Positions 54,211-64,000 of a DNA stretch of 64,000 nt are shown one piece after another; position 1 is the first letter of the stretch; each line of letters starts with the position of its first letter. The position numbers and the translations under genes are program-made. The stretch covers positions 13,950,001 through 14,014,000 of the forward strand of contig NC_043008.1 of assembly GCF_006345805.1 (NCBI RefSeq), read 5' to 3'. The stretch comes from Octopus sinensis. Lineage: Eukaryota. The notes beneath the pieces are model-generated. The model ran no database searches, had not been told where the DNA came from, and saw only the letters and a list, made by a program, of their open reading frames with translations.

Positions 54211-55421
54211 GCATACGTATATATATATATATTATATTATATATACATATATATATATATATATAAATGTATGTATATATATATATACATATATACATAT
54301 ATATGTATGTGTGTGTGTGTATACATATATGGCTACATACATATGATTGTATGCATTTGTCTAAGTCTGTATGTATACAATAATGCATATATGTGTGCGA
54401 GTGTGTGTGTATACGTACTAGTACATACATACCCACAGAGACACACATATATACGTATAATGTATGCATGTACGTATATATGTATAGGTGTGTATGTATG
54501 TGTGTGTACATGTGTGTATGTGTGTGCGCGCTCGTGTGTGTGTGTGTAGTATGCACGCACGCATTCTTCTCAGAAAGTAAAACGTGAAGATTTGGTAACA
54601 TGAAGATCTCAAAATAATTAAATAGTTTAAGAAGAGAAGAAGCAAGCCTATTATTAACCAGAAATAAATGACATACGGATAATAGCAAATTGACATGTAA
54701 TCGATAAGGCAAATGCAAGAAAACTGTAGGATATTATTAGACAATTGAAGAGAGATTACGCTGTGTCCGAACTGAAGCTTCAAATATGGAATACAGTATC
54801 ATGAAGACAAAAAATAAAAGATATAACGATAGATAATAGAATAATTAAAAGTAAATACGTTTGGAAATCAAATTATATGAGTGCAAGAGAAATAAAACAA
54901 AAGAGGGGAGTTAGAAGATAGAATTTTAGAATGGCAAGAAAAACATCATAACATAGCATTGAATATTTCATTAGAATACATTTTATGAGTCTTTGTTCTA
55001 AAACGTAAATATTCACTGGCCGCACGAAATATTTATTATTTAGATCTGAAATTACGTGACACAAAGATATATAGTTTCGTACTTTGCAGCTGTAGGAGTT
55101 TTATTTAATACCCAGATGGAAATCTATGCCCTTGAGTCACATATGGAGGTTTTACGACAAAACTATATCAATGCCCAGCTTTTGCAAAATGCCTCATATG
55201 TTACATGCTCAGAAAATGAAATTATATATTTATAAGGGGATCTATGTGTATGTTCGTTCCTTAATAGTGAGAATGTAAGAGAATAAGACATTATTATGCA
55301 GTGAATAATAAATACACACACATACACGTACGCATACACACATATATACATACACATACATTTATATATATATAAAGAAAGCAGAAAATGGAGAAATATT
55401 GACGAACAACAATTAACATCC

Positions 55422-55710
55422 ATCAATTATTATTATTGATTCAATACAAATACACTGCATCGCATCTAACAGCTGTTTCTGCTTCCAATGTTGCATGGTA
55501 TTGCCATTGATATGCTACATGTATTTATCATATTTTGTAATAAAGCCGATCTGAAACATGGAGACTCGTCAGTGTTTCAGAGTGGTTTTATTACCAAATA
55601 TGATAAATATTTTTAGCATATTCATGGCAATACCATACAACATTGGAAGCAGAAACAGCTCTTAGAGGGGATGAAGTCTATTTGTATTGAATTAATAAAT
55701 AATAATTGAT
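55422..55710. repeat. Foldback element (about 290-bp imperfect palindrome)
   Basis: Arms pair through CAGCTGTTTCTGCTTCCAATGTTG/CAACATTGGAAGCAGAAACAGCT and TATTTATCATATTT/AAATATGATAAATA to TCTGAAACA/TGTTTCAGA, around a short central loop. Confidence 0.9.
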
Positions 55711-55831
55711 TTAAGTCAATTGTTGTTCATCGATGTTTCTCCATTTTCTTTTTCCTTTAAATTTTGAAACCTGAGAAACTCATGCTTATCCTTGGCTTTA
55801 CCTATAATTTATGAGCATATTATGCTTGCAT

Positions 55832-56082
55832 ATGTATGCAAATAGTTAAACATAGGTAATATACTGGTAGTATAATGAATACTTTTATCCCTTAGACGGT
55901 TATTTTAACCTTTAACTCAGCAAATCTATATATGTGTCTATGTGTGTGTGTGTGTATGTGTGTCTGTTAATATGTTAACGATGTATGCCCATGGTTAAAA
56001 ATAGGTAATGTACCGGCAGTATAATGGATATTTTTATCCCTTAGACGGTTATTTTAACCTTTAACTTAGCTAACCTATATAT
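55832..56082. repeat. Diverged tandem duplication of about 100 bp (55832-55933 and 55981-56082)
   Basis: Identical core TTTTATCCCTTAGACGGTTATTTTAACCTTTAACT. Confidence 0.9.
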
Positions 56083-56083
56083 A

Positions 56084-56750
56084 ATTCTCTCCAGTGCTGC
56101 CGGGAGCGATACATCATTTGCGCAATGTGGAGAATATACCACGAGCAGTGCTGAAACGACCTCGACATTAGCTTCAATATTCAACCAAGGCTAAGGCGAC
56201 GAGCTGGCAGAAGCGTTAACACGCCGGGCGAAAGGCTTAGCAGTATTTCGTCTGTCTTTACGTTCTGAGTTCAACTTCCACCGAGCTTAACTGTGACTTT
56301 CAACCTTTCGCGGTCGATAAGTTAAGTATTAGTTGTACACCGGGGTAGATATAATCAACTGGCAACCTCTCCCAAAATTTCAGGCCCTGTGTCTAGAGTA
56401 GAAAAGAATATTCAACCAAGGCTGGGACCACGAGACATACGTCCCTTACCCAATGCAGAATCACAACATATAAAAACACTGTAACACAATTGTTTTCCTT
56501 AACAAGCCCTGCCCTTTTTAACAAATATGAGAAGGATCCCATGAACTTTAAACGGAATCTGCACAAAGTTCTTCAAGGAATTACAGGCAAGCAACTTATA
56601 CCAGGATACAATTCACTCCAACAAAAACTCCCTATTCGAATGGACCATGATACCACACAACCCGTCTATAAAAAGATTTAGCTAATCCTATCAGGTGGTG
56701 CTATAAAGTTTGACATGGCCTAGACCAATCTTTGGTCGAAACATATTTAT
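56084..56750 (+). mobile_element. CR1/L2-type LINE 3' fragment interrupted by a SINE
   Basis: SLQCCRERYIICAMWRIY... and a 3' end homologous to 63550-63975. Confidence 0.8.
56193..56406 (+). mobile_element. Family A SINE nested in the LINE, with a 17-bp TSD
   Basis: AATATTCAACCAAGGCT at 56176-56192 and 56407-56423. Confidence 0.93.
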
Positions 56751-56769
56751 GTGTTTATATATTATATAT

Positions 56770-56828
<59 letters not shown>

Positions 56829-56842
56829 ATATATATATATAA

Positions 56843-57100
<258 letters not shown>

Positions 57101-57654
57101 GGGATATGTATGTATGTGTGTATGTATGTCTGACGGGCTTGTATGAGTTTCTGTCTACCAAATCCACTGGCCAGGCTTTGGTCTTATATAAGATTTTTTA
57201 TAATCATCAAATGCCTGTTAGGGTTGATCCGAGTAAAATAGCAATAAAAAGTGGTCCACAGGCAAAAAATTAGTAGAGAACCTATTCGAAGGACCAGCAA
57301 TTTCATTTCAAGCACAGGAAACGTTCTTGCAGACTTCTGTCGAATTTGTTTTATTTGTGGGTGATCCTTGAGAGAAACAGTGAGATAGAGAGTGAAAGAG
57401 ACAGCTGTCATGATATATCAATCGTCATACATAAACAGTGATAATAGTGAAACAGTATAATTTGAGGAATTCTGAATTCTTCTTATCTGACACATATTAC
57501 AGATATATACAAAGTAAAGCATCCATACAAATGTTGTCATATTTTGTTACTATAAGTCTTATCTTTCGTTTAACTAATTCAATTTGCATACATCTATATC
57601 CCGTCGTATCACGTATTGACATGTATGCACACACACACGCATATATATATACAC

Positions 57655-57702
<48 letters not shown>

Positions 57703-57732
57703 ATATATATATAATATATATATATATATATA

Positions 57733-57776
57733 CACCACATGTATATATATGAGTACATATAAATATGTACATATAT

Positions 57777-57818
<42 letters not shown>

Positions 57819-57864
57819 TATTTACAAATATATATATAGATATAAATATCTATATATTATATGA

Positions 57865-57903
<39 letters not shown>

Positions 57904-57933
57904 CACATGTATATATATGAGTACATATAAATA

Positions 57934-57979
<46 letters not shown>

Positions 57980-58043
57980 AAGTATTTACAAATATATATA
58001 TAGATATAAATATCTATATATTATATGATATATGTATATATAT

Positions 58044-58068
<25 letters not shown>
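57733..58068. repeat. Tandem duplication of about 168 bp within TA-rich DNA
   Basis: CACCACATGTATATATATGAGTACATATAAATATGTAC...AAGTATTTACAAAT starts at 57733 and again at 57901. Confidence 0.85.
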
Positions 58069-58095
<27 letters not shown>

Positions 58096-58546
58096 TGTGT
58101 GTTCGTGTGTGTGTGGGTGGGTAGTTGTGTGGGTGGGTAGTTGTGTGGGTGACGATGATGGAAATTTTTGAAAGATACATATTGATTGCATAGATGTATA
58201 CCTATGGCAACGTTTGTCTGCGCTTGCGCATATGTCATTGAGCGTCAGTGTATGTCAGTGTCTCAGTGCGCATGCACGTGAGTGTGGTTATGTAACTTGG
58301 TGCATATCTAAATTTATGTTAGTAATTATATTCGGCTGCTCGTCACTATACAATTGTGTTTGTATCTGTGTCTGTGTGTGTATGTGTGTGTGTGGTTGTG
58401 TGTCAGTATATATATATAATATATATATATATCTACCTATCTCCATGCCAGCTTCGGTTAGTGTCTCCGCGTCTCTCCTTCCTTCCCTTCTTTTCTCTTT
58501 CACTCTGCCTTTCTCTATATATATGTGTATATGTACATATGTATGC

Positions 58547-58579
<33 letters not shown>

Positions 58580-58601
58580 ATATTATATATATATTATTAA
58601 T

Positions 58602-58636
<35 letters not shown>

Positions 58637-58699
58637 CAATATATATACGTATGTATATAATATATATTGATATATATGTGTGTATGTGTGTGTGTGTGT

Positions 58700-58735
<36 letters not shown>

Positions 58736-59589
58736 TGTGTGTATGTAGTGAATTAGTACGTTTATATGTTTGTCAGAATCTTATTCAAACCTGAGCAATG
58801 CCTAAATTAAAATGTAAGACGTAATTCAGATAGCAATCTGTTAAACGAAAATTCAAAAATCAAACCTTAAAACCTACGCATAAGCAACGAGTCATAATTC
58901 TCAAGTATGCATAAAAAAAAAATATGATATATATTGACACAAATATAGCAACATCTCATTATTTGACAGATTTTCAAGGATAATTTGTTTTTTCTCTAAT
59001 TTTTAGTTTTGCCGATGAATTTGATAAAGCTATTACCGAAGGAGCATATTGGATTCCATTCAAAAGTAAAACTAATCGAATGTTTAAGAACCGTGACTCT
59101 AAAATATATCTCTTCTTAGCGTTTCAGTATCTATCTTGCATTCTGGAATACTTCTAGCTGGTTTTTATCATTGTGTGATAAATGGCTGATTAACTCAGCT
59201 GAATCTCACACTTATGATACGTATATATCACGGAAAATACGACCGATCGTGTTAACCTACATCTTCTAAGCGTTTTCAAGCGAAGGACTACTTCATATTC
59301 CATAAATCTTGATGGGAAGAAAGCTCAATTTCAATAGAACAGGAATTCTAAATAAAGTTGAAATCAAATATTCGATAGAAATGTTTGACTTATTTAGATG
59401 ATATAAGATACAAAATAAATATTTTTTTAAATGCTAGAACGATGAGTAGTAAGGAAATATATAATATTTGGAAACTATTATTCGACTTGTTCACGTTGTT
59501 TCTAAAGATTTGTATAATAATCTTAACACGGTTGAACACGATATAATTTTGTACTCTGGGAACAAGGACCGACATTTTGTTGGGCAGGG

Positions 59590-59771
59590 CTAGTCGATTA
59601 GATCGACCTTAGTACGCAACTGGTACTTAATTTATCCACCCAGAAATTATGAAAGGCAAAGTCGACCTCTGCGGAATTTAAACTCAGAACGTAAAGACAG
59701 ACGAAATACCACTAAGCATTTCTCCCGGTGTGCTAAAGTTTCTTATTTCTTTATTGCTCACAAGGGGCTAA
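59590..59771 (-). mobile_element. Family A SINE, partial, plus a second tail fragment
   Basis: Reverse complement of the family A body. Confidence 0.85.
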
Positions 59772-59788
59772 TCATGGAGGCTAATCAT

Positions 59789-60055
59789 CAAGTGACCTGA
59801 TCTGTGATCATGTGCTTGAACGAAAACAATTGCAGCGTGGAAGGTGTTTATAAGCCATTTAAGAAACACCCAATAACCGTTAGATTCGCTTCAACGTGCA
59901 TCACGGCATTTTGTCAGTGAACAGGTCGCGGTCTCAAAGCGACGATAATATTTTGGCAATTTAAAGTATTGTATGTTTCTTAAATGGTTTATAAACACCT
60001 TCCAAGCTACAATTGTTTTCGTTCAAGCATACGATCAGGTGACTTGCCATGCAAG
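59789..60055 (+). mobile_element. Long-TIR MITE, best-preserved copy
   Basis: TIRs of about 80 bp: CAAGTGACCTGATC...GAACGAAAACAATTG...GGAAGGTGTTTATAAGCCATTTAAGAAAC and its complement. Confidence 0.85.
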
Positions 60056-61481
60056 ACCATGATTTCTGGGTCATCACCCTTTCTCAGCGTGAGACAATCA
60101 CTGACTGCTGATGAAATCTTTCTCTATTCGCAAATACGATATATTCTGTAAGCGACAGACCATCGCTGATCTCGTATAGAGAAAAACTTGTTTTAAATCT
60201 CTCAGCGAGCGATACACTATAACAGTACCGAATAGGTACATACTCACATACGTATAGATTTAATAGATGCTTCTATTCATATATACACATACATAAAATA
60301 CACATCCATTATTCTGTACATTTATATGTGTATGTTTGTACGTCTGATTGTCCACGTGTATGCACATACATGTATCCATACTTAAATTTCCCTCCATACT
60401 TAAATTTCTCAATCGACGTGTTTTAAAGCTGGCAATAACTCTGTTGAATTACGATCGTCTCTCTCGCTCTCTCTCAGTCACACACACACACACACACGCA
60501 CACATACACACGTACGCAACACATACATGCATAAATACATACATACACACATTCATTCATACATACATACATACGTACATACATACATACATACATACAT
60601 AATACATACATACATACATTCATACATACATATTTACGTATACATGTGTTTGAATGCTTGTATAAATATGTGGATATTACTAAATTTCTGTTTCCATTTT
60701 TTTTTGTTTTTTGTTTCTTTTTTTTTGGAAAATCTCGATTATCAGGTTACAATCGTCTAAGACTATATAACAGAATAATATATTTCTTTTTTTTTTTTCT
60801 CTTTTTCTCGCTTCTTAAACTGTTTATTTGCAAAACAACAACAACAACGTCGTCATCCACCCGACCTACCTCACAAAATAATTCTAAAATGATATTTTAA
60901 ACTGAAATTACTGATACCCGATACCCTTCCATCTTCAGCTGAACCAACCTTTAACATAAACATCTGTTATAAGACGTGTTTCTTAGCAAAAATCAACCAC
61001 AAAACATAATCTCTAGAGAAAAAACAACAAAATATATAGCAACAAGAAAACAAAACAAAATCTAATTGTTGCCTATCTTTGGTTGATTTTATTACACACA
61101 TTTATTCATCTTACTTTTATTTCATTAATCACACATCATTATTTCTTTGGTCTAGCAGTTTCCGATTTTATTGTAGTTTTTTGTGACTGTATATAATTTT
61201 TTGTAATTTTGCCATTTATTTTTCATTTGTTTTCTAAAATCTATCCAACTTATATGATTCATTTATTGCTTTGCTAATTGCTTGTTGGATTTCAACAACG
61301 AGCTCGAAATTTAGATAGAAACAATGAAATTTAATATCCCGAATATCTCTTAAGTTATTTGTTTTTTTTTTCCTTCTTTGCTATATCTTTAATATTTTCT
61401 TACATACGCATTAACCGGTAAATCACGTAAGTAAATCTAATTATATCTCAAACAATGAAAATAATGTTTTATATCTTTTAG

Positions 61482-62015
61482 TTTTTACTGGTTTCAGTCA
61501 TTACAATGCGGCCATGCTACAGCACCGCCTATTAAGGATTTTTAACCCAATTAATCTGTCCCAGAACTTCTCTATTCTTGTAGCTGGGCACTCGTTGCGT
61601 CGACTTCTTTGGCCCGACTGCTAAGTTACGCCGGTGTAGACTCGCTAAGAAATATAGACACAAACATGCACACACACACATACACAGACGCACACACATA
61701 AGCACGCGCACACACACGCGCACACCCACATACACGCACACTCTTTATATTAAAAATTTTTATGTATTGATTAAGTCTTTCCTTGTTTGTTTTGCAAAAT
61801 AGTGGTTTTGTCTCGAATTAATATTATATATATATATATATAATATATATATATATACGACGGGCTTCTTTCAGTTTTCATCTGTCAAATCCACTCACAA
61901 GGGTTTGTGGTCGGCCCGAAGCTAGAGTAGAAGAGCCTTGTCTAAGTTGTCACACAGTGGGACTGAACTCGGAATCACGAGTTTCGAGATCAAACATCTT
62001 TCCACAAAGCCACGG

Positions 62016-62016
<1 letters not shown>
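61482..62016 (-). mobile_element. Family B SINE pieces: tail 61482-61680 and head/core 61855-62016
   Basis: Reverse-complement matches to family B. Confidence 0.75.
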
Positions 62017-62065
<49 letters not shown>

Positions 62066-62787
62066 AGAGATAGATAGATAGATAGATAGATGCACAGAGT
62101 GTGCATTATCTCTATATTACTTCACACACCTCTTCACCTTTTCTCTTAATGTATTCAACATCAGCATCATCGCTACACCGTCAAAGCCATCATGTCCTCC
62201 ACATCATTTTAAAGATTGTACCGACATCTTGCGTATTACATCCTTATAATCATCGTTGCCACATCATTATAGCATCATCTGAATCATACTCATCATCATT
62301 TGATTACACCCTCACCACAAACACTACACCAACGCCATCACCATCATGATAACCATCGACAACGTCAACATCATAAATATAATCGACATCATCATCATCG
62401 GCAACATCATAACCATCATTACAATTATTAATCTCATTACGATCAACATCATTGTCATGCGTAGCGAACAGTCATTATTAGACTCTTATAGGAAATAGTT
62501 AGAGACAAAATAAAGATAAAAGATATTGAGGATGGGCAATTACTTTGAGTGCAAAATTGTGTAACACAATTTGGAACATAAAAAAAAATTAATTCATTTT
62601 TAATTGTAATCGTTATTTCAAGACTTGTTCTCAGTGTCGGTTTTATAGTCAGTAACGAGAGGAAAGATTCCAACAGTAAATGTTTGTTACCGCGATTTCG
62701 AGTTTCTTGTCACCCCTTCACCAGTCACAGAGATCAAAATGCATTACAGCACTACTTCGAGCGGTTTATATATATATATATGTGTGT

Positions 62788-63169
62788 GGAAACACTTTGT
62801 CGGTTACGCCGACGAGGGTTCCGGTTGATCCGAATCAACGGAACAGCCTGCTCGTGAAATTAACGTGCAAGTGGCTGAGCACTCCACAGACACGTGTACC
62901 CTTAACGTAGTTCTCGGGGATATTCAGCGTGACACAGAGAGTGACAAGGCCGGCCCTTTGAAATACAGGTACAACAGAAACAGGAAGTAAGAGTGAGAGA
63001 AAGTTGTGGTGAAAGAGTACAGCAGGGATCACCACCATCCCCTGCCGGAGCCTCGTGGAGCTTTAGGTGTTTTCGCTCAATAAACACTCACAACGCCCGG
63101 TCTGGGAATCAAAACCGCGATCCTACGACCGCGTGTCCGCTGCCCTAACCACTGGGCCATTGCGCCTCC
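62788..63169 (-). mobile_element. Family C SINE, full length
   Basis: tRNA-like head GGAGGCGCAATGGCCCAGTGGTTAGGGCAGCGG and a 3' domain shared with 21506-21797. Confidence 0.9.
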
Positions 63170-63200
63170 GTTTATATATATGATATTATGTACGAATAGA

Positions 63201-63975
63201 TATTCTGTTCCTTCAGGGTAACAATACACAGCGTTTAATAATATCAGTGACCTAAGAGTAATTGTTGACAACGATCTCATCCGAAGTGTTCCCATCAACA
63301 ATAAAGTCGATATAGCTCGTAAGATGAGCTCCTGGATCCTAAGAACCTTCCGCTCTAGACAAAAAGATGTCCTCATGACACTTTTCTCCTGTTTTCTCCT
63401 CCATTATACGGCCAGTCCTCGAATACTGCTGCCCTCTGTGGTCTTCTCACACAAAACAAAGTATTTAGAAAATTGAATCATCGCTAAAAGAATTAAGGGC
63501 TTCACTGATCACGATTATCAGGACCGCCTTAAAACACTGTAACATTATTTTCTCCAGTGCCAGTGTGAACGTTACATCATTTGCACAATGTGGCGAATAT
63601 AACACCTGCTTTGCTAATATGACCTCAACATTAGTTTCAGTACTCAACCAAGGCTAAGACCATGGGCCATACGCCCCTTCTACAATTCAGAATCACAACA
63701 CATGAATATAGAGCAACACAATTTCTTTTCTTCAGCATGCTCTGCCCTACTTAACATTGTCCTGAAACGGGATCTGGACACATTTCTTCAAGGGATACCG
63801 GATAAGCTACTTATACCTGGATGCAGTTCACTCAAGAAGACCCCCCTACTTGAATGGGCCATGGTACCACAAAACTTGACTTACAAAGGATTTAGCAAGT
63901 CCTATGATGTGGTGCTATTAAGTTAGACATGGCCAGGACCAATCTTTGGAAGAAACATATCTAAGTTTATCCAAG
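63201..63975 (+). mobile_element. Decayed CR1/L2-type LINE 3' fragment
   Basis: NNISDLRVIVDNDL...INNKVDIARKMSSWILRTFRSR...RILLPSVV..KRIKGFTDHDYQDRLKTL...ERYIICTMW. These are post-RT motifs of CR1/L2-group elements. Confidence 0.85.
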
Positions 63976-64000
63976 GTGTATATATGTATATATATATAAC

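Noticed and set aside
56715-56750. Hairpin GACCA/TGGTC followed by GAAAC at the LINE 3' end
   Set aside because: Neither LINE copy has a CUGANGA core, so it is treated as a 3' UTR stem-loop.

Overview
AT-rich, microsatellite-dense animal DNA. The SINE families and the (TA)n/(TAGA)n/(TACA)n load resemble an octopod cephalopod; this is recognition, not a database result. I found no host protein-coding gene I can support, and most ORF-track entries are translated microsatellites or SINEs. The window is a mosaic of at least five tRNA-headed SINE families, MITEs and foldbacks, and decayed autonomous elements: R4/Dong-type, RTE, Tx1, two CR1/L2-type, a Helitron helicase, and tentative Penelope RT and DIRS-type recombinase remnants. 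It also holds two local rearrangements. The main unexplained signal is a set of short elements carrying Penelope-type minimal type I hammerhead ribozyme motifs. One has a fully intact core at 14.1 kb. One sits in a tRNA/Pol III-headed element at 18.0-18.5 kb. A two-copy family has an atypical CUGUN core (9.1 and 38.7 kb), and several others are decayed. All alignments and folds were done by eye; none were computed.
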